From Octopus vulgaris (Eukaryota), in contig OX597814.1 of NCBI GenBank assembly GCA_951406725.2, positions 97,154,001 through 97,218,000 on the forward strand: a stretch of 64,000 nucleotides of DNA. The letters run 5' to 3'. The notes below the pieces were generated by a model. The model saw only the letters and a program-made list of their open reading frames with translations. It had not been told where the DNA came from and did no database searches. Below are positions 1 to 14,852 of the stretch, one piece after another (position 1 is the first letter of the stretch; every line of letters starts with the position of its first letter). A program made the translations under genes and the position numbers.

Positions 1-3000
1 TTGACTTTCACCTCATTCGTCTGGAGTTATTACTACATGCAACTGTAATATATTTGGGACTGGTTCAAATAACTACACACTTTCTGAAAATTAGCAACCT
101 TGTATCAAAGTTAGAACTCTTTATTAACTAGCAATAACAAAACATCATAATTTTTTTCCCCTTTTTTTGTTCAATCAAACTTTATAGTAGCAATTATTTA
201 TTAAATCTAATCTTGGGTAACAAAATATGTACTCTGTATGCTTATGTAAGTATGACTTGTACATATTGTCTTTAATAAGCACTAACGATCAAAATCATCA
301 CTGCATGTGATGGACAATATTATTGTTATATTGTTCAGTAAAACTGTTAAGTAGTAAAAAGACCAAATAAAATGTAGCTATGTATGCTAAATGAAGGACA
401 GTAGAGAGGATATAAATTCCCTAACAAGCTATTATTTATACATAATAGACATGTGTGTGTGTGTGCATTGCATGCATATATTTAGGTGTTGTAGTTATGT
501 TACACACTATGTTCTTAAGCAAATCTACAATCAAAGCTTTTCCAGCAAAGCTTTTCATATTTGCTTAGACGGTATATCAAAGATTACAAAATCTGGTGTA
601 TTTGCACCATAACATTTTAAAATTTCCATTTTTCAGAGGCAAGGAAGTAATAAGGAGTGATAGCTACTATTTCTAGCAAGTCAGGCAACAATATGGAGGC
701 TTCTGCTTTCATTTCTGTGGAAATGTTTGATCTTCTTGGTCTATGTGGATCATACAGATGAATGAGCATGATTGCCTTGCCTTGCCATTTCTTTCTGGTT
801 ACTGTTGTTTACATATGTATTGTACTGCCAAGTGCAATAGTGGATGTTAATCATCATCATCATCATCATCGTTTAGCGTCCGTTTTCCATGCTAGCATGG
901 GTTGGACGGGTCAACTGGGGTCTGTGAAGCTGGAAGGCTTCGTCAGGCCCAGTCAGATCTGGCAGTGTTTCTACGGCTGGATGCCCTTCCTAACGCCAAC
1001 CACTCCGCGAGTGTAGTGGGTGTTTTTTACATGGTAATTTCCTGATCAGTTATATGCCGTAACCAGGAATATACTACTCAACTATATAAAAGTGTGTGTG
1101 TGTGAGTTCATGTACATATGTATCTTTGTCCTCTACCGCTGCTTGACAATTGGTACAGGTTTGCTCATATCTCTTTAACTTAGCAGTTCAGCAAAAGACA
1201 CCAACAATACTTAAAAATAAGTACTGGGGTTAATTTGTTTGAGTAAACCCTTTAAGACAATGTTCCAGCTTGGCAAAGTCAATGACTGAAACAAGTGAAA
1301 GATAACACACTCAGAGAAAGGACAGCTCCCATGATTCATGTAGGAAGGAGTATAATTATTCCTCAGCCAGAAAATCTGTTAATAAATGTGGGTGCAAATT
1401 TATTTAATTTTGTAGTATTTCAAGTATTGATAAATTTCAATATTTTATGCTTTTTACTTCTATTTATAACCAATTTCATATGCATCACAGTTCACATAAA
1501 AGAGCTATATTATGCATAACTTTTTAAAAATACAATTCCATTATTGATCTCAAGTGAATTTTGGCTAATAAGCACATTTTAAAACTGATATTTAACCTTT
1601 TAGCGGTTCATATTATTCTGTGAAATGTAATGCTTATTTAGTCACATTTTGAATTATTCATGCATTATCTTGTAGCTTTGAGATTTCAATGATACCATTG
1701 TTTATTCTTAGAATGACTCTGTAGGGTAGGTGTGAGAGGCCAGATCTGGCCAGTTTGAACATAAAACAGATAGAATATTTGGGCTGGATGTAGCCAGTTT
1801 AAATGCTAAAAGGTTAAACAAAATTTTAATAATTACACACGTCACTCCAGTGGATTTCAGAAGATAAAATTATATCATCAAACTTTTTTGTTAAGGAGCA
1901 TCGCAAACTCCTCTTAATATCTTCACTAAACAAAACAAGTATGGTTGTTTTATAAAATCAATCTAAATTCATGATCATTTTATATATATGTATATATCAT
2001 CATCATTGTTTAACGTCCGTTTTGGGAAATACAATGAGGCAGATTTTCTACAGCCAAATGAGATGCTCTTTCTCTTGTCAATAAAGGTAATATTTGCTCT
2101 AGCCCTTTGAACATGGACAGCACAATGGTCAGAAATATTTTCAAAGATTGTAGATGACTGACACTATCTGTACAATAGTGATGTTTGTTTAATCCTTTAG
2201 TATTCTGATTACTCTTGTCAAATGTAATGCTTATTTACTCACAATGTTTTGAATTAATCATAAATTATCTCAAAGCTTCAAGATTTCAATGATGTGATTG
2301 TTTACTTTTAGAATGACATTGTAGGGTTAAGCGTGAGAGGACAGATCTGGGTGATTTGAATATAAAATAGGTAGAATATTTGAAGTGGATATGGCCAGTT
2401 TGAATGCTAAAGGATTCATACATCCAAGACCTAAGGCCAAACAAGATGACAGATAAAGTTTACCATTCAAGACCAAATATAGTCCAATGGGTTGCTGCTT
2501 TGGTTTCTGTCTGGTAAAAGACACTTGCCCAAAGTACTGCACACTGGGATCAAACCTAGAACCATATGTGAAAAAAGTAAACTTCTTTCCACATGACCAT
2601 GTCTGGTGAGGAATTTCTATCTTCTATACTATGTATTATGCACAGCTACATTCAGTTTAAAGTGAGTTCTTTTATTTTCAAATTAGCAGTTGTATCACTG
2701 CATATAATGATGTCTCTTTCATACAAAGAAAACAAGAAATAAATCATATGACACTTATATTTTGGAACAATATAATGAATGACAGCATTTACTAAGTATA
2801 GAAATTTTTTTCTGTAGAATTAATGAAGTGTCTATAGATAATAATGTAAATAAAGTTCAGAGTGCTGACGTCCTATGAAAAGTCAACAACCACTCTGAAT
2901 GCATAAAAGAATTTGGAATCAACTTAGATTTTATTATTGCAAGCTGGCAGAATTGTTAGTACATCAGATGAACTGCTTTACAGCATTCCTTTCAGTTCTT

Positions 3001-3735
3001 CACAGTCTGAGTTCAAATTCTGCAAAGGCCAACTTTACCACTCATCCCTTTTGGGGTCAATAAAATAAATACCAGTTGAGCACTGGGGTTGTTAACTAGC
3101 CCCCTCCCCAAAAATTTCAGGCCTTGTGACCAAAGCAGAAAGAATTATTATTAATAGTACTAATTTTATTATCCTATTTACCGTACTGGTAGTAACCATG
3201 AGTCAAAAGGTTACCAATGACATTGCATTATGTACTTCAAAAAATCACATTGAACTATTTCTCTGAATAACTAAAGAGATTACAAGTACAAGGAAACTGG
3301 TGTTGGTTGCTTAATCTGCTGCAAAGAACAGTCAAATTACCCTTAAATCACATGCTTCCATCTTAAAAAAGAAAGGGTTATACTGGTCTAAGTATACTGT
3401 AGCTGAAATACAAACAATAGGATCGTGACTGACATCCATTTGATTATAGATCTACTTGATCAAAACTGAGCTGATACTAAGCAACAAACATCAATATCAG
3501 TATGCATTGACAAAAATCAATTCAATAAATTTCACAACAGTTTGGGCGAGGCTCTATGATTAATGGAGAAGTAATGAGAAGTGCATTGGAAATACTGGAA
3601 ATAGGGGTAATACAAAAAATATGTAAGAAGAACAGCAGAGAGAATGGTGGGAGGTTACATGAAAAAGCAACAAAAGAAAAGGGGAGAAGTAAAAGGAAAT
3701 ACATACACACATATTGAAGTAGGTATACATAAATG

Positions 3736-3766
<31 letters not shown>

Positions 3767-4638
3767 ATATGCAACATGATACATCATCAACTTTGTGACA
3801 TCTACTTTTCCATGTATGCATGGATCAGATAGAGTTTATTGAGGCAGATTTCCTATGGTTGGATGCCCTTACCTGTTTTCAACCCTTACCTATTTTCAAG
3901 CGAAGTAATATTCCTCATTGTCAGACCAGACATGTTTTTTTGCAGAATATTGGAAATGAATGACTCAGCTTGCATGACTGTGACACCCATTTGCAACAAT
4001 CATGCAATGTCAAGGCAAAGGCACACACATATACACACTCACACATGTGCATCTCTCTCTCTCATATATATGTGTGTGTGTGTGTGTATGTGTGTGTGTG
4101 TGTGTGTGTGTGTCCAAAGACGCCTGTTGTGATGTCCTGTTATTATTATTATTGTTTTTTCATATTATTTCTGTATTTATATTCATGTAATATCGTCTGT
4201 TTTTCCGTCCTTGTTTTGTATACATTCAAAGCTTTTTTTCCAAGGAATCTAATGCTCTTAGCTTAGTTTTTCCTTGGGGCTGGCCAGATTGGAGCAATCT
4301 CAAGATTAATCAGCTGAAATTGTTCTAATAAAGGAATTATATGACCATTATTTTAAGTTGTTTCTTTATCATCATCATCGTTTAATGTCCGTTTTCCATG
4401 CTGGCATGGGTTCGATGGTTTGCCTGGGGACTGGCAAGCCAGTTGGCTGCACCTAGCTCCAATCTAATCTGGCAAGGTTTCTACAGCTGGATGCCCTTCC
4501 TAACGCCAACCACTCCAAGAGTGTAGTGGGTGCTTTTTACAGCCGCCAACATGGGAGTCAGTCAGGCGGCACTGGTATTGACCATGCTCGGGGGAAGGGA
4601 CTGAAACGTGTGTGTGTGTATACACATACACAAACATA

Positions 4639-5878
4639 TGGTGCGATAGGTAAATTGTCACCATTTTATATTTTTAATTTTCCACATGTGCATTGTTTGT
4701 TTTTTTATTTTTTCGACTACACAGTATAGTAGGGTCTATTGGGCACTGTCTGTGAGAAAAACATCACCATGATGCAATTCACTCTGCCAGAAATTTGGAA
4801 ACGACATGCTGTACTGCTTGGCATTTGCACTGGAAGCTCCAATATGAACATTTCGGAGTATTTGGGTGTCAATCTGAGGACATTGCAGAGAATTTGGAAA
4901 GAGTTTGATGAGCCTAATGGTGATTACGAAGATACAGTAGCTTGGAAAACTTATTCTGATAAGAAAAGAACTCCTGTATTTGTTGGTGAGATCCAGGCCA
5001 TGATTGACAATAATCCCTTTAAGTCAATCAAGTCCACTGCTAGGGGTATGGGAGTGTCTGAGTTTCTTATCAGGCAGGTAGTGCATGAAGACATTCGGTA
5101 TTCCTCACACAAGATAAGAAAAGGCCAATTTTTATCCCAAGCCATCAAGAACAAGAGGAAAGACTGCACTACAAAGCTTTTGAACAAACTCAAGCATCCC
5201 CTCCAACGAAACATGTTTTTGTTCTCAGACGAGAAAAATTTCTGCCAGGATCAGATGGTGAACAGACAGAACAACTGTTGGCTTGCTGTGTTCCCAAAAC
5301 ATGTCCCAAGTGTGATAAAAATCAAATATCCAGTCAACATCATAGTGTTTGGAGTGATCGCTAGTGATGGCAACATTAAGCCTCCATTCTTCTTCCTACA
5401 TGGTCTCAGACTCAACACAGAGGCCTACATCAAGTGCCTGGAGGAGGTAGTATTGCACTAAGTCAAGAGGGTGGTTGCTAGAAAACCCTATGTTTGGCAA
5501 CAGGAGTCTGTATCATGCCACACAAGCAGGAGAACCCAGTCGTGGCTGTCAGATAATTTCTGTGACCACATCAACCCAACCACCTGGTCATCAAACACCC
5601 CAGACTGCAACTCCCTTGATTATTACATGTGGAGTGCAGTTGAGTGAGAGACCAACAAAATTCCTTATAATACCAAAGATGAACTGAAGGCAAGGATTAT
5701 GGCAGCATTCACCAACTTAAACAAAGAGGCCATCCAGAGGAGTTGCAGGAGATTCCGAAATCATCTGGAGGCCGTGGTCGAAGCCAATGGCAATTTTATT
5801 GAGTAAATTTACTCTTTAGTAGATATTTTTATGTAATTTTGGTAAATATAACTGTTAGACGACAACTTATTCACCACA

Positions 5879-5881
<3 letters not shown>
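4639..5881 (+). mobile_element. Decayed IS630-Tc1-mariner element, DD37D (maT) family
   Basis: ORF 4739-5461 contains FSDEKNF. After an in-frame stop it continues as WQQESVSCH...TPDCNSLDYYMW...EANGNFIE* (~5806), with 37 residues between the 2nd (D->E) and 3rd acidic sites. Degenerate ~26-bp TIRs (tggtgcgataggtaaattgtcacc / gacgacaacttattcaccacatca) are flanked by TA. Confidence 0.9.
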
Positions 5882-6181
<300 letters not shown>

Positions 6182-8943
6182 CATGTCTTCTTTCAGTTTC
6201 ATCTACCTAGTCCACTCACAAGGCTTTGGCCAGCCTAGAGTTATAACCAAGGTACAACATAGTTGGACTGAACCGAAACCATAAAGTTGGGATGCATACT
6301 TCTTAACCATACACTCATGCCAGCAATACCTACACACAAATGCAAAAACGCAAGTGAGAAAGATGATAGAGAGGAGAAATTAGATGTCAAAAATTTTTTT
6401 AAAAAACCCTTTGAATAAGAAAAAAGAGGAAATGACTGAGATCATGAAAATGTATCAGATGTGTAATTGGCTAACAGATAATTTTAGCATTAGAAGGGCA
6501 GTAATTTTAAAAGAAGATCTTGAAAGAAATTGAACCTTTTTTTCTGAGAACAAAGGAGGACATTTGGTTTATGAACAAAATGTCACAAATGACTACGTAG
6601 GATAAAGCAAGTATTGTAGGTTAAGGATAGACACCTAAATATTAGTTTAGGTTACAACTACAGGAAATTAATTTGATACTGCAGTGATCTCTGAAAGTTG
6701 CATTGTTACATATCAAATTAAATGGTAAGGTTTCTATATAATATAGGTTTAAAAAACAACCAACTCATTCTGAAATATAATCTGATTTGTATGGTAGCTG
6801 TATTTAAGTGAACAGAAGGCAGTTTTCAAATTTCTATTGATCAAACCAATACACAGTACTTACCAGTGTATTACACTGCTTATCTTATGTTCCAGTATGG
6901 AAAGATTTTGTATGTGCGTGTGCATATGAGACAGCTTTCAAAACATGACTTGGATATAACATACATTCACATCATGTAAAATAATATGAAATAGGATTTA
7001 ATTTGATAAGGCAGTAAATTGTTCTACAGTGAACTACATTCAGATAATAAATAAATATTTTAATACAATAGCTTCACTGGATCTCAAAATTAGGTTAAGG
7101 TATGTATCTATTTTTCTGAAGTTACTTTCTTTCCACTAGTCCGTCCATTAGAGTCTATGTTACACCATCTTCATATACTAATAGAAAAAAAATGGATGAA
7201 AATCAAAAATCCTATATTCATCATTTGAAAAATGTAGCTAAATAATGTTTCGTTTGCATGGGATGGTAGTAGGGAGTGTACTTAACATTTCAAACAAAGA
7301 AAGATAGCAACCACAGCCCTTTTCAAAGTCATTGAGATTACAGGAAGGAAAGGAGTATCCTTAGATCAGAAACTTAAATGGAACATTTGCAACAGAATGA
7401 ACTCTCTTAAAGGCACCCAAGAGCTAGTTGGTGGTGTTATACTAGGTGACAGATTAAATCTACCCATCCAATCAAAAATATAAATGGTCCCCTCAATGTG
7501 TTCCAACAGTCTCTAATTAACAGATATCACTCATAAACGCATTAATCATGCTGGGGTGCCAAAGGTACATGCAGTAGGATGGAACCCAAATCCATGTAGT
7601 TGCAAAGCAAACTTCTTAACCACACTGCCATGCCTGTGAACAATTGACATATAAATGTTATCAATGGGGCCCAGGCAAACCCAAAGAGCAAACCTTTGAT
7701 GATATGAAAAATTCAACTTAAAAAAAAAAAATTAACTTCTCAAAGTTAGTTATAATTTTTAATTGATGCTCTGATAACTCTTAAGCTCTGCCATAAGATT
7801 TTTTCTTTTAGAAAAGTCAATATGAATGTTATTAACCTAGTAAGTGTAACAGTTGTTTTGGGTTATGCTATTCTAATTATACAAAACGAAACAAAATTAT
7901 TTCCTATTGATCAAGTCTATGCACAAAATTTACCAATGTATTTTCTTAATGAATCAAATTAATCAAATTAAAAAAAGTCATTTGTTTTAATTCAGCTGTA
8001 CCTCATGTATTATCTAGAAGTTAGTAATTGAAGTTGAATGACATGATGTGACAAAAACACTAATGAGGTTGGGTGTTAATAAACAAACGAGGGACAGAGA
8101 GAAAAGGGTAAACAAACTGAGAGAATGATGGTGAATATAGGAAAGAAAGAGGGAAACGAAGAGAAAGGAATGGAGGCAGACAGAGGGGGGAGAGATAGAG
8201 AGGGTTCAAAAGAGAAAAAGAAAAAGAAAGACTAAAATTTCAGTTAACTTTCTGACATGACCACATAAAGCAATCTATTCTCTTTTATCATTCATTTCAA
8301 TCATCATTAAACTGCAACTATGCTGGGGCACCATCTTGCAGGGTTTAGTTGAACAAATCGACCCCAGTACTTATTTTTCAAATATGGTATTTATTTTATT
8401 GCTCTCTTTTGCTAAACTGCTAAGTTACAAGGGACATAAACAACCAACACTGGTTGTCAAACAGTGGTTGGGGGACAAACACACACACACTTTTGCATAT
8501 AAAATTAAATAAACGACAAAGGAACAAGAAATTATGCAATGAACTTGTGCATATATATATAAAATCAGTTGCTTACTCCAATATTTTTCTCAATCGGGTG
8601 CGATCTACTAGCGAAAATCTATCAATGTGTTGGCTGAATTATATTTATTTTATTTTATCTAGTTTCAGCTCACGAGCTGTGACCATGCTGGGGCACTGCC
8701 ATGTGTGGCCATGCTGGGGCACTGCCATTATATATATATAATGGATGCAAGGAGTAGGATATTGGGACAACATATACAGTGAAGGTGTAGCTGTTTGGGA
8801 AGAAGTTTACTTTCAAACTACATGGTCAAAGGTTCAGTTCCTCTGTGTGGGGCCTTGGGCAAGTGTCTTCTTCTATAGTCCCAGGTTGACCAAAGCTTTG
8901 TGAGTGGATTTGGTAGGCAGAAACTGAAAGAAGCCCATCACAT

Positions 8944-8990
<47 letters not shown>

Positions 8991-9349
8991 TATACATATG
9001 TATGTATGTATGTGTATGAGTGTGTATGTGCTTGTGTCCCGTTGTTTCGATGGCATGTGAAAGCTGTAAATGAACGTCACTGTAATACAAGCAACATCAT
9101 TCATTTCCAATAACCTGCATTAACATCTAGTCCAATATTACCTTGCTTGGAAAAAGATGAGGGTCAGTGACATGAAGGGCATGCAGCGGTAAAAAATCTG
9201 CTTCAATAAACTCCAAACAACCAATGCAAGCATGGAAAAGTGGATATTAAAACAATGACAAGAACCATGATTGACACTGATATTTACTGGTCATGTTTAG
9301 TAAAATAAGTATCAGTAATATACTTGGGTTGGTGAAAGCTATTATACAA

Positions 9350-9545
9350 GAGTTTCTACATAGTCACTGGCCTGCAAGAAATACCCACCTGGTTTCCTTA
9401 AAATGACATTTTGTCATCATAAAAAAGGGGAAGCACACTATATAATGTAGCCCTTGATATACTGTGTAAAAATAACTTCATATCATGCTGGAATGCCTTT
9501 TATCATAAGCTTGCTTAATTAGGGCTTATCTGGGGCTAAACACAA
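9350..9545 (+). repeat. Dispersed repeat family F ending ...ctggggctaaacaacaac (representative copy)
   Basis: Motifs gctagaaatagcagccaaatctccctcaaatcacaccctac and ggaatgcctttgatcataggtctgct recur at ~3290, 14120, 23310, 30910, 34655, 41820, 49905, 50100, 50280, 52750 and 55905. Confidence 0.75.
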
Positions 9546-9561
9546 ATGGCTTCGTGTTTAA

Positions 9562-9778
9562 CCCTTTAGTGTTCAGATTACTCTGTCAAATGTAATGCTC
9601 ATTTATTCACATTGTTTTGAATTAATCCTGCATTATTTCATAGCTCCATGATGTTGATGATGTAGCTGCTTATTTTTGGAATGACATGGCTGGGAAGGTG
9701 TAAGAGGCCAGATCTGGCCAGTTTAAACATAAAACAGAGTTTTGGGGGTTGGATATGGCCAGTTTAAATGCTAAAGGG
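9562..9778. mobile_element. piggyBac-type MITE (TTAA TSD, CCCTTTAG...CTAAAGGG termini)
   Basis: TTAA|CCCTTTAGT...GCTAAAGGG|TTAA. Copies at 1596-1813, ~2192-2415, 20126-20324 (reversed), 28503-29264 (with two nested SINEs) and 43587-43807. Confidence 0.85.
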
Positions 9779-9924
9779 TTAAAACATCCTTATTAATATT
9801 TCCTGAAATTCATCTTAACTAGTTTTATCTAGATTTTTATCAACTTAAATTTCATTTGATATATTAAAACTGCTTCAGAAAACAAGCTGACAAAGGAATA
9901 AACAATTATCATATGAACTTCATT

Positions 9925-10006
9925 AGCTTACAGCTATTTCTGTTATAAGATGCTGTGGACTCATAGTAGAGTGATTGAGTGACAACTTATTAGCTTTATC
10001 AGAGCC
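9925..10006 (-). ncRNA. Type I hammerhead motif (G8->A), same family as 20590-20670
   Basis: GGCU CUGAUAA agcuaauaag...cuuauaaca GAAA UAGCUG UA AGCU. Combining the two copies restores CUGAUGA and GAAACAGCUGUA. Confidence 0.6.
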
Positions 10007-10761
10007 TTGAATAATAAGTGCAGTCATCTCATTTTCTTATTACCACTCTGTATGCGATTAACGCTTCACTCTGAAGCATGCGTATATTGAATTCTACACC
10101 AGGGTTATTAGTCATGCAATACCTAAGTGAAATATTAAAACTGCTTATATATAACATGATTAGTCAGCAAAGTAACCTTGTTAGTGCTTGTATTATGAAA
10201 AGATGCACCCAGTACACACTGTATAAATAATTGGCAAATTAGCAGAGAAAGTGTAGGCATGACAAGAAACTGTACCTAGTACACATTATGAATTGATTAG
10301 TGGTAAGAAAAGCATTCAGCTGTAGAAGATTAGTTGAATAACACATATGAGAACCAGCTAATGGGCGCAATAATAAACAACTCAGATCACAATGCATTCA
10401 ACTTGTTTCACTAAGGAAAGTAGACATAAATAATGGTGATGACAGGTGGTTGATGATTAGTATTTGTACAATCTATTTTCTTTTTTTCAAAATATAGAAC
10501 TTTATAACAATTACACGAAAAAAATAAAACTAATAGCCACAAATATGAAAGATGGATAATTATGTTTTATTTTTTACTCGTTTCAGTCATTTGACTGTGG
10601 TTATGCTGGGGCACTGCCTTGAAGAAATTTTTGGTCAAATGAATAGACCCCAGTACTTTTGTTTTAAGCCTGGTACTACTGATCTCTTTTGCTAAACCAC
10701 TAGATTACAGGGATGTAAACACACCAGCAATGGCTGTCAAACAGTGGTGTGGAAGATAAAG

Positions 10762-11131
<370 letters not shown>

Positions 11132-11325
11132 TGGGCTTCTTTCAGTTTCCATCTACCACAAGGCTTTAGTCAGCCTGAGGTTATAGTAGAAGACACTTGC
11201 CCAAGGTGCCATGCAGTGGAACTGAGCCTGGAATCATGTGGTTGGGAAGCAAGCTTCTAACCACACAGCCATGCCTGCACCTACAATTGTGCATTTATAA
11301 AAGAAAAAAATTACAACTCTCTTAC

Positions 11326-11472
11326 CTTATTGAGTTTTCCCAGGGCTGATATTAAATCAGCCCATTCACTGGTTGTTTCAAAGTATTTCAGAGCCTTTTC
11401 GACTTGCGATATGTACGAGCGATACTTAGAGTCTCCGAGGAGCTCACACTCCTCCACAGTAAGCATACTCAT
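11326..11472 (-). CDS. DOP1: First coding exon (49 codons) of protein dopey-1 / DOP1 homologue (Dopey N-terminal domain); remaining exons not found, presumably beyond position 1
   Basis: Manual translation [49 protein letters not shown] closely matches the conserved Dopey N-terminus (vertebrate DOP1[47 protein letters not shown], recalled). Ends in a phase-0 donor AAG|GTAAGA at 11326/11325. Plausible acceptor tttgtag| at 11501 gives a 29-nt UTR portion. Confidence 0.93.
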
Positions 11473-13850
11473 TTTGACTTTTTTTGGTTTCTTTCAATAT
11501 TCTACAAATATAAATTAATTTACTTGGTAAGTATTAATATTCCTGATCTGAGGTTTCTGAAATTTAATATTAAATATTTGTTTTCATCAAATAAAATGTG
11601 TTTTATGAAAAACAAACAAATTTTATAGATATAATGTAGGATAACTTTTGGGGTTGATCTGTAAAAAGACATTATAGTAACCTCTTCCCTCTAGAGTCTT
11701 GTGTACCTTATACAAGTTTTAACCTCTCTAGACTACTATATCAGGGGGTATGGTGAAGTACAAAGTCTAGAGGAACAAAGAAAAATATGTCATATATTTA
11801 CAAAGGCTGTGATAGTAGATCATGGCTTTGATTGTCTTGGTCATTTCACCATTCATATCTTACTATAAAGATCCTGAGTACAACATTTAACTGCACCTAG
11901 TTTCCTCACTCCTAGTTCTGTAGAATGACACTAGATTGACTAGGGCTATCCCTACAGATTCTGGTATGTGGTCTTCCAACCCTGCCAATCCTGTCAAACT
12001 GTTTAAGCTATGTCAGCAAATAAAAATAAAACATACTCAAATGATGATATTTCTACTAGAAAGACTAATAAAATTTTTCACCATAAACGTAATTTCATTT
12101 TAAAATCTTAACTACAGCGAATTACTCCAGACCTTGAAATACTGTTTAAATTACACCTTTCATCTCTATATGGAAACTTCTTGAGAGCAAACTGTCAAAT
12201 TCTGATTTATATATCATTATAAATTAAAGAACAGGAAGATATTGTCAAGTCTCATCAACTTATAATCAAGTAACAACATTATATAACAATAGTCTTACTT
12301 TCAGCAGACACCAGTATAATATTTTTTCCCTAAAAAAATCAGCAACATGATGATGGTACCAGTTGAAGATTTAAATATCACCTTCATAAGTCTCCCCCAT
12401 CTCCATTTCCATCAGGCTATATAATCTGTAAAGACCAGACCTCCTCTCTACTACTTACAGATACATCAACTTCAAATATATATCCACAAACACTGAAAAC
12501 ATTAATACAATGTAAACACTAAATGAAACAAAATGTAGACCAGTTATTAGTCTATCATGTTGGAAAACAAAAACGGATTGAACCAATTAAAAAGCTTGTT
12601 ATTCATATTAATTAAATTGGAAATAGCATTTTACTTGCAAACAATAGTGCATTTGTTACATCAAATATCATTTTAATTAGTTCATCAACATAAGTTTATT
12701 CTGTTTTATGCTTGGCAAACTCATTATAGAAAAACCTAAATTATATTATACACAACATAATTACTAACATCAAACTCATAAACATCAAGTTGATAGATAC
12801 TCCCCAACTTGTGATTCTATTGATAATATCTAGAATGTTATAAATCATAGATCACTGGTTTAGATCTTCGGTGTAATGATTGAACACAACTCCTAATAAT
12901 CATAATTTTCTTTAACATCAATCAAATATACAGTCTGCTAACTCTGTTTCATTAATTCAATAAATACACTGAACAAATAACTCATCATTGTTACATAATA
13001 ATCCTTGTTGGACTCAATCAGATTTACAAAGCAGGCATAAAAAAAATCCCACTTTTTCTCTAAATTTCATAATTATATAAAGAGACTTGTGAATGATGCC
13101 TTAATGAATTTAGAAGTAAGTCTAAAATTCAGTTATCTATCTCAACTTTTTTGTTACTAATCCACCTTGAGATTGCCCTTGAAATTAGTTAAAACCTTCC
13201 TTCAAAATTTCATGTTAACTTCTGTTCCAAACACCAGCTTCATAATGACAAAGCTATTTTGCTAAATTCTTCGTTATTTTCAAAATTAATTAAAACAAAG
13301 CAGACTATTTCAACAGAAATATGGTAGCAAAAAGGTTAAAGTAATTATTGCTTACATGCTCCTTTGCATCAGCATGCTTGTTTCTGTCTTCTTTCTTGTA
13401 CCCCCCCTCTCTCTCTCTTCTCACATACCTCTTCTATAGCAAGAAACCTGTTTCTGCTTCTTGGTCTCTCTGTTACACTAACCTTTCATCATCTGACACA
13501 AGTTCCCCTCCTCAAATGCTACTGCCCCTCTCAAAACTCCTTGTCTTGTGATTTACTTAGTGACCCTGCCAGTGCTGGCGCCATGTAAAAAGCATTCAGT
13601 CCACACTGTAAAGTGGTTGATATCTGGAAGGGCATCCAGCTGTAAAAATCATGCCAAAACTAACCTCACCTGTGCCAGTGCTATGTAAAAAGCATTGAGT
13701 CCACTCTGCAGAGTGGTTGGTTTTAGGAAGGGCATCCAACCATAAAGCCCCTACCAAAGCAGACACAGTAGCTTGGGGTAGTCGTCTACCTGGCCAGCTC
13801 TTGTCAATTGTCCTACCTATGCATGCATAGAAGACAGACATTAAATGATG

Positions 13851-13890
<40 letters not shown>

Positions 13891-14723
13891 CACAAATTAC
13901 TTTTAAAATATTTATATACTTTAGCTTCTTATAGTAATGCCGTTTTTAAGATCACTTTTCATGAGTTACATTAGTAGCTAAAATAAGGTCTTAAAAAAAC
14001 AATACTATAATAATTAGCTAAATTAGAAGCAGAGGCTTGTAATTTATTTTACATGTATTTACCACAGATGAACATACTTTTATCTCTCATTGTTCTCTAG
14101 CTCATTATTAAAATAAGTGTGTTGGCCACACAATTGCTTGGTCTGTTAGCAATCATATCTCTCTAAATTCTCATAAAGAAAATAAGCAGACTAGATAACA
14201 TGATCCTAAGATACACTGTCTCAGAGAAAAGGAAAAAAAAAAAAGAGTCATCATGATTGGAATACTTTTAATTAATTATAAATCTGCTTGATCAGAACTG
14301 ACCAAATGATAACAATAACTGAAGGAGGAACAGCATATGTATTAGAAATTTATAATAAAAATATAACAGTACAAAATTTAAAAGTGGATTAAAGCATTAT
14401 TTAATATAGATTGCTATTTTCAAGAGATCTAGATTTTTTTAAAATTTGCTCTTATGCTTACAGGTCCCTCATTTCAACAGTATTGTGTATATCTGTATAA
14501 AATCAATATTCAGTTGAAGCAGTATACAATTTCAGAATGGTGGAATACTTCTGTAGTTAACCAAATGAATTAAAATGATTGAGACAATAGATGAAGTTTG
14601 TTAAAGTAACAATGAAATATCCTTTCCTTTCATTTTATCATTTGATAGGATTGCATTTGAAAGTATTTTGTATTTTTTTAAGGATTTTGTTGAAAACATA
14701 AAATACATAAAACAATTAATTAC

Positions 14724-14852
14724 CAAAATATCCAAAGGAATATGCAAGTACAGTCATGGTCTCGATTGCTTGAGAATTTCAGTTTCATTACAGCATTAAC
14801 AAGTTCACCAGGGCATAAAAATCAAGTGATTTTCCCATTTCAGTAATGAAAG
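14724..14852 (-). other. Candidate 129-nt non-coding (5'UTR) exon of the dopey gene
   Basis: Strong acceptor ttcttttttttttttccag| at 14852 and donor TTG|GTAATT at 14724. All three frames contain stops. Confidence 0.35.

Noticed and set aside
4240-4335. GGCTGG...CAGCT GAAA structured repeat
   Set aside because: No CUGANGA core; unclassified repeat fragment.
6858-6920. Minus-strand donor CTG|GTAAGTA as a possible dopey exon 2
   Set aside because: The translation does not resemble the expected KRLAQCLHPALP region, and I found no such exon in 1-11325.
11330-11628. Plus-strand ORFs overlapping the dopey exon
   Set aside because: Antisense shadows of the real minus-strand exon.
13560-13760. Regularly spaced short repeats (gtaaaaagca...) resembling a CRISPR array
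   Set aside because: Internal tandem units of repeat family B in eukaryotic DNA, with no unique spacers or cas genes.
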